Shown: positions 19,916-30,657, counted from the stretch's first letter. The stretch is 64,000 bases of DNA from an uncultured candidatus Porisulfidus sp. (GCA_965116025.1 OZ220480.1:128001-192000); one strand, 5' to 3'. The notes: generated by a model not told the origin, from the letters alone. Program-made: numbers and translations.

Positions 19916-21247
19916 CCCAGTTTCAACTTTCAAGTGCAACAGCATTGTAACCCGGTGGAGAGCGGCGAGAGCGGCAGGATGACGAAGAGGATCGGGGGAA
20001 GGCGGCGAGGGTCGGTCGCCGGACGGGAAGAACGGCAGGATGGTGAAGAGGGTCGGGGGAAGCTGGCGACAGTCGGCCGCGTTCCGTCCGGGGAAGGTCG
20101 GCCTCCCCCGGACGAATCATCGCCGCGCCAACCTGCCCCCTCGGATTTACAAAAGCCGGGACATCTCCTCTCGCCAGGCACGAACCACCTCCGACTCCGC
20201 TCCGAAAAACGCCTCGTTCGGCGCGCGCCATCCCAAGCGGCGCCGAGGCCGATTGTTCAGGCTGTCCTCCACCGCCCGCGCCTCCTCCTCCGAGATCGTG
20301 TCGAACCGCCGCGACTTCGGGAAATACTACCGGATCAGCCCGTTCGCGTTCTCGTCGCTCCCACGCTGCCAAGAGGAATACGGATCCGCGAAATGAAACT
20401 CCGCGCCCAGGAGGCGCGCCACCCGCCGGTGATCCGCGAACTCGGTTCCATTGTCCGAGGTCACGGTCAGAACCCGGTCCTTCAACGGCGCCAGCATGCC
20501 GATGATCGCGTCCGCCACCGCGCGCGCCGAGCGCCGGGGCAACCGCTTGAAACGCACCAGCCGCGACTTGCGCTCGAGCAGCGACGCCAGAACCCCGCTG
20601 CCACGCCGTCCGATCACCGTGTCCGCTTCCCAGTCTCCCAGCCGCGAGCGCGTCTCCACCACCTCCGGACGCTCCTGGATCGGCACCCGCCCCGGAATGC
20701 GCGACCGGCCCTTCCCGCGCCCATACCGCCGGCGTCGGCGGTGGCCTTGCCGCAAATGCAGATACAGGTCGCCGCCCCGCCGCCGATCCGCCCATACCCA
20801 ACGGTAGATGAGCTCGTGGCTCACCTTCCCCAAGCCCTCCTTGTCCAGCCACGCGCTGATCCGCTGCGGGCTCCAGCCCTGCTTCAGCAGCTTCTTGACC
20901 CGCCTCCACACCGTCGGCGAGACCCGCCGCCGAGCTCGCTTCTGGCGGCGCTCTTTCGCCTTTCGGCACGCCAGCTCGGCCCGGTATCGTCCGCTCCGAG
21001 CGTCGGCGTTCCGCTTCAGCTCGCGGCACGCCGTGCCGCGGTCGACGCCGATCCTTCGCGCCACCTCCGCCTGGCTCATGTCGAGGCCCCGCAGCGCCTC
21101 GATCTGGTAACGTTGGGTCTCGGTGAGTTGCGTGTAACTTCTCATAAGCGCCTCTCTCGGGGGCGGTTTTTGACAATGAGACCTTACCGCGACTCATCGC
21201 CTACACCGCCATTCTTCGGAGTGTTGCGCTTGAAAGTTGAAACTGGG
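19916..21247 (-). mobile_element. IS30-family insertion sequence with 26-bp terminal inverted repeats
   Basis: Left cccagtttcaactttcaagtgcaaca versus right (rev-comp) cccagtttcaactttcaagcgcaaca, 1 mismatch; encloses an IS30 transposase; no flanking target duplication seen. Confidence 0.92.
20147..21145 (-). pseudogene. IS30 transposase with in-frame TAG
   Basis: MRSYTQLT.. HTH, GDWEADT, TVTSDNGTEF, WQRGSDENANGLIR*YFPK (family consensus LIRQYFPK); frame continues LNNRPRRRLGW to TAA at 20147. Confidence 0.9.
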
Positions 21248-22068
21248 GGCTGGTAGCAAAAATTCTGGACATGGCCTGCGGCAAGGAATCGATCATTCTC
21301 GATTCATTCGCCGGTTCCGGAACGACCGGGCATGCGGTTCTCATGGCCAACAAAAAGGACGGCGGGCGCCGCCGCTTCATTCTGGTCGAGCTTGAGGAGT
21401 ACGCGGATCAGGTGACGGCCGAGCGCATACGTCGCGCCATTGGCGGCTACGACTTCACCGGCGCTCAGCGCGTGGAGTTGATGCGCGAGAAACTGACCTG
21501 GTCCGCGCTTCGAAGCCCCAAAAAATGGGCGGACACCATCGCCGCCACCGAGAATCTCCAAAGCCTCCACGGCCACGAATACGACGCGATCCGGAAAACG
21601 TTCAAGAACGGGACGCTCGTCGTTACGGGCGAGAAAAAGGCGGACCGCCGCGCTGATGGCCTGGGCGGGGAATTCACCTTCTGCACCTTGGGCGAACCGC
21701 TTGATGCCGATGGAGTGCTGACGGGAAAGACGCTCCCTCAATACGAGGCCCTCGCCGGCTTTCTCTTCCACATGGCGACTGGCCAGTCTCTGGATCTCTC
21801 TTCCGTGCGCGAAGAGGATTTCTACCTCGGAGAGACCGACGCGCGACATGTCTGGATGGTCTACAAGCCCGACCTCGAATGGCTGAAATCGCCAGAATCC
21901 GCCCTGACCTTGACTCGCGCGCGGCGGTGCGCGGCAGCGGACCCGAAGAAAGAGCATCTCGTCCTCGCGTCGGCCCGCTATGTGGGCCGGGAAGTGCTGG
22001 CCGAGGAGAATCTCCCCGTCGAGTTCGTATCCCTTCCGTTCACCCTCTATCGAGCCGGTGGCGGTTGA
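21248..22068 (+). pseudogene. C-terminal fragment of a Type III R-M Mod (DNA methyltransferase) subunit
   Basis: 'IILDSFAGSGTTGHAVL..NKKDGGRRRFILVE' is typical of Mod; the N-terminal part with the catalytic DPPY motif is missing, cut at the IS end. Confidence 0.85.
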
Positions 22069-22071
22069 TCC

Positions 22072-22338
22072 GTGTTTCGTCAGCTGGACTACCAAAAGTG
22101 CGCGCTCGACACGTTCGCGACCTATATCGACGAGCTGAAGGACGCGCGGCGCAACGCGGAAGGCGTCGCCACGCTGATCAAGAGAAACCCGGAGCTGAGA
22201 CTGCAAGCTCCAGATTTCCTGGTGGAAGCCTGGGAAGCAATGCGCGACAAAAACCTGCTCCCCGCCTCGCGTCACGCCATCCCTTTTTCCCCGCGTCTTG
22301 ATGGATGCGGCCGCTCGGTCCCGAACGCGGTCCTCAAG
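22072..22338 (+). pseudogene. N-terminal fragment of a Type III R-M Res subunit
   Basis: 'LDYQ..ALD...RLDGCGRSVPNAVLK' resembles Res N-termini and stops just where the Walker A (PTGGGKT-type) is expected; 3 nt after mod stop. Confidence 0.7.
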
Positions 22339-22399
22339 AGCCCAGAAATCGGGAGAATATGTGAATTCGGCAAACTCAGTGGCTTCGAACATCCACTCG

Positions 22400-25300
22400 T
22401 CAGTTCTCTTTCTCTGCTTCAATTCCCATCCAGCAAAGCAACTCTATATCATCTTCGCTAATTGGCGGAAGGGGAGCCGGGGGCTTGGCTGGCTCCAGAC
22501 CAATCTCAAGAATATGGCCAATCAAGGTGCGCGAACACTCACCATCCTGATTTTCTTCCGATTCAAACCAGCCACGGAGCAGCTGTTCTTCACGGCGCGG
22601 CCAAGGTGACTCCAGGATGTCCAATGCTCTTTCGAATCTCTCTTCCGGCTCATCGTGGGGAGGATGTTCACGGATAAATGTCGCGACTCGGTGGTTGAGA
22701 GGTCGAACGTTTGGCTGGAGGTTGGCAGGGTCGGTTTCCCGCATCCAATCACGCAAAATATCCTGTTGCGCAATTTCCCAAAAATCGTAAACGCATTTTT
22801 CCAAAAGATCTGAATGCCAAGCAGGCGTGTCGCAAGCACATTCGATCCGGCGCAAGCAAGTTCCCAGTTCACTCTCGACAGCATCATCATCCAATCTCGG
22901 ATGCCACTCCTCGTCCGCCACAATGAACCGAAGATAGGTTCGTTCCAAGTCGCTGTCTCTACCAACGACCGCGCAAAAGAACACTCCTCGCTTATCGCCC
23001 CTGATCATGCTAGAACCAGCCTTCCACGGCAACCGGGTAATTCTCTCGCTATCTTGCTGTAGAGCCTTTCGCAATGTCTGCCGGTACTCCTCCCCTGTTT
23101 GCGCGGCGCTTATCGTCCCGCCGCGATTGAAAAGCGACGCGTCTTCAGCAAGCAATTTCTCAATCTCTTGACGTGTTTCCGTGAATACCTGCCGCCCATG
23201 CGAAGCATTTTGAATCGGGGCCATGACCCCGATACTAGCGGCCGCCATCGCAAGCTTGTCAAGTATGCGCTGTTCCAGATTGAGTAGCCGATCAAGTCGA
23301 TCTGCTGGAAACATCGTCCGCAAGAATACACGATTATGGGGGCTACCAATACGATCAATTCGGCCATGCCTCTGGACCAGCCGCATCGGGTTCCACGGCA
23401 CGTCAAAATTAATAATATTCCGGCACTGCTGAAGGTTCACACCTTCGGCGAGCACATCAGTAGCGATCATAAGATCGTAGAGATCATCGTCCTGGCCACG
23501 CGACGCTCCCATCGAAACTGGTGCGAAACCCTGCACCGCGCTTTGGCGAGATTCCTGGGCAAGGTTGCCAGATCCGCTAACCACGGTTATCCGTCCACGA
23601 TAACCTGCAAGGTTTGGTCGAACATCAATCACGAAATTCAGATAGTCTCGAATCCACTCAACGGTATCTTCGAAGAACGAGAATATGACCACTTTGCGCT
23701 TTTGCCGCTCGTCCAAAGCATTTATGGCTTCGCGCTCGGCTCGCTCCACTATCTTTTCCAGAGATTCAGCAAGAACTTGGAGTTTCGGGTCTTGATCCTT
23801 GGTTACTTTCTTAGCCTGATCCTTCAGACTCCGCAACAACTCACGATCTCGCTCAACCGCCGAGCGTAGATTCACTATCTTGTAAGCTGAAGCAGCTTCG
23901 CGGTACTGCGAGGAAGAAAGAAGATCTTCAAATACAGAATCATCGTCTGCTGACAACTCTTTCATGAAACCCGTTCTGACAACATAACCCGCATCAAGTG
24001 CTTTGATAAACACATCGTGTTCTTCAACCATCTTTTTAATAGTGTTGCAAAATGCAAAAATGGAGGACTCGAAGCGTTTCAGCAAACCTGAACGTAATAA
24101 GCCTATCAACGCTCCAGCGCGAGCGATTTCCTCGTGGTCTCGTTCACATGAATATTCCTCGGGTATGTAGCGCGCGAAAGCGATAGATTGTTCATGGTCT
24201 GGATCAAGCGCTCGTTCCAGCTCGTCGAAAAAGCCGGGCAGAATCTCATCTAGGTCATACCGCACACTAATGGCATTAGGCTTGGGAAAGACTATAGGAC
24301 AGGGTTTCCCATCGAGCCCTTTTATGGTGTCTCGAGAGTAATGTTTCTTCACGAACTGGCGAGTCCGCTTGACCGTGGTCGCATCAATAATCGGATAAAG
24401 GATATCTGGACTCAGGCTGGATGGATCTTCACGCATGGCGCGATCGAAACGTTCGCGTATCGACCGAATTCCTCGATCCGAAAGATGTGCGTCTTGTCGC
24501 AGAAAAAAGCGAATTAGATGGTAGAGATCCCATAGCGAATTGTTAACTGGAGTGGCGGTCAGAAGAAGTAGATCACGCCGCTTTCCAAACAAAAGTCGGC
24601 GTAACACGGCCGCTCGCGTAGGCGTGTCAGGATTGCGGTAGTTATGCGCCTCATCAACGATAACAAGTTGATATTCTTCTAACGGTTGCTTAATGTGCTC
24701 TTGATCGGCCCTGGGCCGTTGAACATCACGGAGCTGTCTATCATTCGCGAGTTGCTCAAATGACAGGCATTCGCCAAACAATTGATAAGTGTTCAAAAAT
24801 TCTCTCCATGTCGTGTCACGGAGCGACGCTGGGCAGATCAGCAAGGCGCGTTGCCGACATTCGTGGTAAATCTTGAGTATCTCGCCCGCAATAAACGTCT
24901 TCCCAAGACCAACCTCATCAGCAACAATTACACCACCCATTTCTCGTATCAGTCGGCGTGCTCGCGCAACTCCATGCTTCTGAAAACTAGTCAGTGGCAA
25001 ATTGTTGTCGTCGCTCCTATCGCCTTCGACTTCCTCGCCATAAAGATGCCAAAGCACACGAATGAAGATATCCCACGGCTTATGACGCGCCAAAGCATCC
25101 TCGAAAACAGCAGCGAGGTCATAAGGGACAGAATCCTCCCACAGGTCGTCGAACCATTCCTTTCCTTGCTCCGCGATTTCACGGTCGTAACGCCCCAAGT
25201 TAAGCTCAAGGTTTTGGGTAAGGCCTGCACTGGTCAGATTGGACGAGCCTACTATTAGCCCTTCTGAACCACTGGCATTCTCACTCGACGGTGTGGAAAT

Positions 25301-25753
25301 ATAGGCTTTTGCGTGCAAGAATGCATCCTCATATCGCCTGACCTCAATGTTTCCAGCCTGAAGAGATTCGATCAATTTCCGTAATGTTTTCGCACTCGGA
25401 CCGGTGAAGGGAAGACTGTCTCGCTCCCGCTGAAGTGTAAAGTCCATGCGAGATAAGCCCGCCCGCACCTGTCGCTGTTGGAATGCGGATAAAGTCTCAC
25501 TGAGCTTCTTCCGCTCACCTGCCCAAGTGGCGGCTGGGTCGGCACCGAGAAGAATTCGCACCATTGGCACAGGACGCAGAAAGTCAGCAATTTGCGCGAA
25601 GCCTGTTGGGTTGAAATATGCTGTAGCTATGCGAATAGAATTTGATGAAACATTCGTAGATACCTGTTCATCAAAACTATCAAAAAACAAACGTAGGGCA
25701 CTCTGGAGAGTATTCCCGTCTTGATTGTCGATAAACTCAGGAAGATCCGTCAT
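22400..25753 (-). CDS. PLD-family nuclease domain fused to SNF2-like SF2 helicase (1117 aa)
   Basis: FLHAKAY...GSSNLTSAGL..NLELN (PLD-like); ADEVGLGKT, VDEAHNY, LTATPVNN, ATDVLAEGVNLQ, WNPMRLVQRHGRIDRIG (helicase motifs). Confidence 0.92.
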   Translation of the reverse strand: MTDLPEFIDNQDGNTLQSALRLFFDSFDEQVSTNVSSNSIRIATAYFNPTGFAQIADFLRPVPMVRILLGADPAATWAGERKKLSETLSAFQQRQVRAGLSRMDFTLQRERDSLPFTGPSAKTLRKLIESLQAGNIEVRRYEDAFLHAKAYISTPSSENASGSEGLIVGSSNLTSAGLTQNLELNLGRYDREIAEQGKEWFDDLWEDSVPYDLAAVFEDALARHKPWDIFIRVLWHLYGEEVEGDRSDDNNLPLTSFQKHGVARARRLIREMGGVIVADEVGLGKTFIAGEILKIYHECRQRALLICPASLRDTTWREFLNTYQLFGECLSFEQLANDRQLRDVQRPRADQEHIKQPLEEYQLVIVDEAHNYRNPDTPTRAAVLRRLLFGKRRDLLLLTATPVNNSLWDLYHLIRFFLRQDAHLSDRGIRSIRERFDRAMREDPSSLSPDILYPIIDATTVKRTRQFVKKHYSRDTIKGLDGKPCPIVFPKPNAISVRYDLDEILPGFFDELERALDPDHEQSIAFARYIPEEYSCERDHEEIARAGALIGLLRSGLLKRFESSIFAFCNTIKKMVEEHDVFIKALDAGYVVRTGFMKELSADDDSVFEDLLSSSQYREAASAYKIVNLRSAVERDRELLRSLKDQAKKVTKDQDPKLQVLAESLEKIVERAEREAINALDERQKRKVVIFSFFEDTVEWIRDYLNFVIDVRPNLAGYRGRITVVSGSGNLAQESRQSAVQGFAPVSMGASRGQDDDLYDLMIATDVLAEGVNLQQCRNIINFDVPWNPMRLVQRHGRIDRIGSPHNRVFLRTMFPADRLDRLLNLEQRILDKLAMAAASIGVMAPIQNASHGRQVFTETRQEIEKLLAEDASLFNRGGTISAAQTGEEYRQTLRKALQQDSERITRLPWKAGSSMIRGDKRGVFFCAVVGRDSDLERTYLRFIVADEEWHPRLDDDAVESELGTCLRRIECACDTPAWHSDLLEKCVYDFWEIAQQDILRDWMRETDPANLQPNVRPLNHRVATFIREHPPHDEPEERFERALDILESPWPRREEQLLRGWFESEENQDGECSRTLIGHILEIGLEPAKPPAPLPPISEDDIELLCWMGIEAEKEN

Positions 25754-26022
25754 AGCAACGCGACCAAAAGAAACTGTGCCCGTTTATTGCGCAACATCTC
25801 AAGAGATGTAATTATTGATACCGAACCCCCAAACAAAAGGAAAGTTTTTGATGCAGTGCCTGGATACGAAAGCCATCTCTCTGTTTTTATTATCGGTTGC
25901 ACCTCACCACTCTCCCAAAGACGATATTTGGAGAATTTGTAAGTCAGTTCATCAGCCTCTATCTTGACTCGTTCGCAGATCCAATGCAGAACATCCAGAG
26001 CCACGAGAACCCTAATCATCAT
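25750..26022 (-). CDS. Hypothetical 90-aa protein translationally coupled between MTase and helicase
   Basis: ATGA overlaps at both ends (26019-26022 and 25750-25753); GGAGG just upstream of ATGATG. Confidence 0.55.
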   Translation of the reverse strand: MMIRVLVALDVLHWICERVKIEADELTYKFSKYRLWESGEVQPIIKTERWLSYPGTASKTFLLFGGSVSIITSLEMLRNKRAQFLLVALL

Positions 26023-29000
26023 TTCCTCCATCTCTGGAAATGTCGGTGAACGCCTGTGAGACGCGCATCGTAATCCCAACCTTCATGAAAAGTCTTAAAA
26101 ATATGGATGAGTTGATTCTCATCCAGACCATAAAGGCAGGCGACAATCGCATCAAGCTCATGGATCATGTCATTCTTCTCGTCTTCGGCAAGTGGACCAC
26201 ACTCAACTCCAACCGATTCTGCCCAAGTGGAAAAACGGTCATCTGGACTAGCCAAACGTCCAGCAAGTGCGACGACCCGTTGCCAGCGAGGATCATTACG
26301 TTCGGGACGTGGAATCGGAAAAGGATTGAGGAGAAAAAAATTAACATTCAACTCAACAAAGCACCGCGCATACCAATCCAGTGGAATCGAACTTAGTACG
26401 CCCAGCAAGAAAGATTGATCCTGCTCATCACCACGAGGCCATAGGAAATATGGTCCTTTGTTCGTGAGAAAAATCTTAGGTGGTACGAGGCAAGCGATAA
26501 TAGTCCGCTGAGCTGTTCGACTGGTGATGTCACGGAATGCAATCCTAGGCATCAAACATGGGAGAGTAGAGCGACGCATCAAGTGCTTCGTAGAAAACTC
26601 TCGATGGGGACTGTTGCGCCGACTCTTTTTTGCCTTCAAGCGTTTGCTCTGGAGCCAATCGAGCACCGGTTCCGGTTTGGCCCAAGCATAGTAATGCCCA
26701 GTATCAGGGTTCCAAATATTGAACGATTTCCCCTTGTAAACAGGCCAATAGCCGTTGGGCTGAGTTTGGCTATCAAGAGCCATCAGGTGCTTCTGCGCCG
26801 TGGCGTGGAGTTCAGTGTCAGGCCTCGACCGCCATTTTGGTTGGGATTCTCGAACACCATGAAATCCTTCTGAAGCGTGGCATCCATCTCCCGGTCGGGA
26901 CGCGTACGCCATGCCCCCCCCCCCCCCCCTCATTTAAATCAAGACGTGGTGCTTTGCGCAACTGGGCGAAAACAGCTACAGAGTCCGATTTGGGCAACAG
27001 GGGAAGCGAAGCAGTGTCACCCCAAGAAAACACTTCCTCTCGGTTAAATTTAAAGGCGCATTTTTCGATGCTTTTTTTGAACTTCTCATACGAAGAAAAT
27101 GGGCCACGAAGGTGTATTGACCTCTCCACCGGCTCTCCATGGACTAGGCAGACAAGAGCAATGGTGTATGAACTCGCGACCTCATCAAAAACCCATCTGG
27201 CACGATTGATTAACGTTGTCGCTTTGACGCTCACTGATTGGTCGAAGATAATCCGGCGAAACGCAGTCGACCCCTTTGCTGATAACACGCTACGGGGTAA
27301 CACGACACCGACATGCCCACCCTCGACAGCCGACAACCGCCAGAATCTCCAGCAAAATGCCTTGTAGAAATCTGGATCGCCCGTTCCCATTCCAGGGTAC
27401 GAACCGCCTACGAGTGCCTTACGGACCCGTTCCATTTCGTCTAGTTCCGATTCATAGATGGCGACAAGATCTGGTCGATCAGCACGTAACCGCGATTTTT
27501 CTTGCTCTTGCTTTTTTTGCGTCAAACCACGGAGGCCGGGAAAATGTCGCGCCCAAAAAGCGTGTTCCTCAACTGTAGCCTCTTGCCACGGCGGATTACC
27601 AAGGATGACATCAAAACCCGGACGGTCACGCAAAAACACTTCAGGAAAAGTGATCGGAAAATGCAATGCATGGAGACCTTCGAGTTGCTCCTTCGCGGCT
27701 TTCGCTGTGTCCATCATTTTCTTCTCGTCAGACACCCTCCCCCATTGGTCGAACGTGAACCCTTTGATTGTCGGATCCTCTGATATAGATTGCGCTGTAA
27801 TAAGATCGCAAAGACACTCAGTTTTAGCAACAGCGGTTCGGATTTCCAGCACCGCTTCACGAGCCATGGAAATATCGGCAAGAGTCGCGTCCTTGACGTT
27901 GGCAAGACGATGGAGAGGCTTCTTTGCTGCGCCAAGCAATGCCTCCGCATCCACCTCGAACAATGGCAATGATGCTTCTTTAAATTTTTTTCTGATTTCC
28001 TCTATGCTTCCCACCCCAACGAGTGCATTTCCCCGAACTAGGTTATGGTCAAGAAATGAGAGTGGCAGACCGGGAATAAATGTATGGATCCAGATAGCAA
28101 GCCGGGCAAGTTGTACGGAAAGCGCATTCAAATCGACTCCGTGGATGCAACGCCGGGCAATCAGTCGACGGAGCAATTGGCTATCCTCTATTTCAAAGGT
28201 GGCAGAACCCAACTGTTGATGTGCTGCATTACGAAGCTCTTCTATATCTCTACGCACAGATGGAATCGAGTGGTCAGCAATCCAGTTAGCCATACGTTTC
28301 TCTATTCTATCGATAGCACCAATCAGGAAATGACCTGACCCCATCGCGATATCGGCCACTCGAAAATCGAAAAAATGATCTGCCACATCGGTATCGTCCA
28401 TTCGATCAAGGCAGTCAAAATGCTTATTGAGGGCGGGTTCCAAAGCTTCATCAAGCAGGTGTTCTACTGCAAAAGTCTTGGTGTAGTAGCTACCCGAAGC
28501 TTTGCGGGCGCCCGATTTATTATGGATATAAATCTCTCCACAAGGAACGACAACATCGTCTCCATTTCGAGCGGGCTTGTAATTTCCCCTCTGGTCCAGT
28601 GCCAAATCAGTTTCAGCGAGTGCAAGTCCAGATTCCAGTAACCCCTCGTAAATGGTTCCGAATTCGCGAACACCAAGTGACCGAAAATCGACTGGTCCCT
28701 GGACTCCATCGGGTGTTTCAATCACCAGAAGTTTCCGCAAGGCTGTTTCGAATGTCTTGTTAGACAACGAAAGGCTTGCAAGGGAGGCTCCAGTAGCAGA
28801 AATGTCCGAATCATCGGAAAAAAGCCCTCCATCGTAAGCGGGAACACCCCACTGCGGATTGCCATCAGCAACGGCCCGAAACAGTAATACCGTTTCTTGC
28901 CAATGGGTATCACCATCAGCTATCGGAGCATCCTTCTCGACATACTCGACGAGCTCCTGAGCTTTCTTTTTCAGTGAGCGCCTCCGATACGAATCATTGG

Positions 29001-30114
29001 AACGGTATGGCAATAAATCGCGGTCCTCGGCGTAGGCGATGAAGAGCAACCGAAACAACACCGTGAGCGTCATCTCATAGGTGTGCTCGAGATCCTCCGC
29101 CGTAGGCATATCCATGCGGCGTTCTGTAGCGATACCCTGTCCTAACACCGGAATGACGTGGTCGTAAATGCGCTCGCGGAGACGCTCCGCCAAATCACCC
29201 GCAAAGCGGCTCGAATTCTCGAGTATTTGATGGAGACTTCCTCCTCGTGTGAGAGCGTCCACCGAATAGAGCAACCAAAGATAGGGAGTATGTTCATCGG
29301 ACAGCAATGAGGATTGGCACTCGATAAATGTTTCGGTACGACCGCGTCGACCAACACCCACTTCATTGGCGGTCGCATAAAGACGGATGCGGCTCCCTTG
29401 CGTAAGGAGCACCCAAGGAAGGTTTTCGTCATCGGCCTTCTTGAGCGCGTAGGAAACCGGAGAGAGACTATTGAATCTATTGTTCCCAGCTTCCGGCGAT
29501 TCCTCCTCACACAACATGACCGCGAGCGCAGTACGGCGATCACCTCCCAATAACAAACTGGTTAGATTGTCTATCCGCTTAACACAAAATCCAAGCGCTT
29601 CCAGAAGATCACCGCCACGCTTACCAAGCAATGAAAAAGACTTGTCTCTCGCTGATTCCCAATCCGCCCTTTTCGGTACTCCATACCGTAATTCATGCAG
29701 AGCGAGCAAGCCCTCGTTGTTAAGCCCCGGAATATCCGTGTCAAGGGAAGGCAACGCTCTCGATAGAAACCGGAGGGCCGCATGCCGGCCCGGCTGGCTC
29801 AACGCTTCTCTACAGAGACGTTTAACCTGTGCCGCGTCAAGATCATCATAGATCGGCGGTTGCTCACCAGTGACACCACAAACCAAAACTCCGCCTGGGT
29901 GGATAATCACGAGCAAAACCGGAGCGGCTCGCCTCCCACGGCGGGACTTCCATATCTCAAGAATTTTCGAGTGAGCAAAATTATGCCCACAGGCTACGGC
30001 AACCTCAAGGGCAGGCGTACCTTCTCCTACATAGAGTTCTGGCGATTTTAAACCGTATTTTGAGTCAGGCGACCAAGACCTGACTACGTGACCGGAAAGA
30101 AATTGGGTAGCCAT
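26019..30114 (-). CDS. Type IIG/Eco57I-like gamma-class adenine DNA methyltransferase, frameshifted at a G16 tract (about 1364 aa if G15)
   Basis: RKASGSYYT, VADIAMGSGHFL (motif I), IHGVDLN, GFDVILGNPPW (motif IV) in 30114-26818; C-terminal TRD-like 'PRIAFRDITSRTAQRTIIACLVP...LLGVLSSIPLDWYAR' in a different frame (to 26019). Confidence 0.88.
26914..26929 (-). repeat. G16 homopolymer in the MTase coding strand at the frame switch
   Basis: C16 visible on + strand; upstream and downstream ORFs are out of frame by one base here. Confidence 0.92.
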
Positions 30115-30313
30115 TACCGACAGGCGAATTATAGCGAAAGAAAATGATGTAGCGGGTCGACAAACTCAGCCAAGGCCTGGCGCGAAGGTAGTTGAAACTA
30201 TCATGAGCAAACAGAACGATACCGGGACTGATGATCTTGGCGGCATAGGGATTCGCGAGCGATTTCATTGCACGGCAAATCGCGCCTTTGATCATCCAGT
30301 CATGGCTTCCGCT

Positions 30314-30404
30314 TGGCGGAGAGGGAGGGATTCGAACCCTCGATGGGGTATCAGCCCATACTCCCTTAGCAGGGGAGCGCTTTCAGCCACTCAGCCACCT
30401 CTCC
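30314..30404 (-). tRNA. tRNA-Ser (GCT)
   Basis: GGAGAGGTGGCTGAGTGG...CTCCCCTGCTAAGGGAG (anticodon GCT), long variable arm, GGTTCGAATCC, ends CCA; usual position after csrA. Confidence 0.96.
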
Positions 30405-30409
30405 ACAAT

Positions 30410-30604
30410 CTATCCTTCCCCAGATCCGCGCCCGCGCGGCCGGCCGGTCTCGTCGCGAGGAAAAATCTCTTCGCGAAACACACGGATATCGGCAGGCGCG
30501 TCAATCCCAAGCCGCACGTGATTTCCCTTGATGGCCATCACCGTGACAGTGATATGGTCGTCTATGATGATGGATTCATCGACCTTTCTCGTCAGAACCA
30601 GCAT
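30410..30604 (-). CDS. csrA: Carbon storage regulator CsrA
   Basis: MLVLTRKVDESIII...VRLGIDAP..IRVFREEI. Confidence 0.95.
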   Translation of the reverse strand: MLVLTRKVDESIIIDDHITVTVMAIKGNHVRLGIDAPADIRVFREEIFPRDETGRPRGRGSGEG

Positions 30605-30657
30605 CCCTGCGCTCCCGGACGTCCAGCCCAGAGACCAAACGGGCTTTCAGTGTATCA

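Larger units (their letters stand above)
22340..30313. mobile_element. Lower-GC horizontally acquired defence cassette adjacent to the tRNA-Ser 3' end
   Basis: Visibly more AT-rich than the flanking core genes (eye estimate); bounded by the tRNA CCA end and the break in the res gene; no integrase or att duplication found. Confidence 0.6.

Noticed and set aside
22462-22477. 'ttggcggaaggggag' resembling the tRNA-Ser 3' end as an att site
   Set aside because: Only 8 contiguous matches and it lies within the helicase coding sequence (PAPLPP); likely chance.
22400-30114. Calling the operon DISARM or BREX
   Set aside because: drmA/drmB (DUF1998) and pglZ/brxC are not present in the window.
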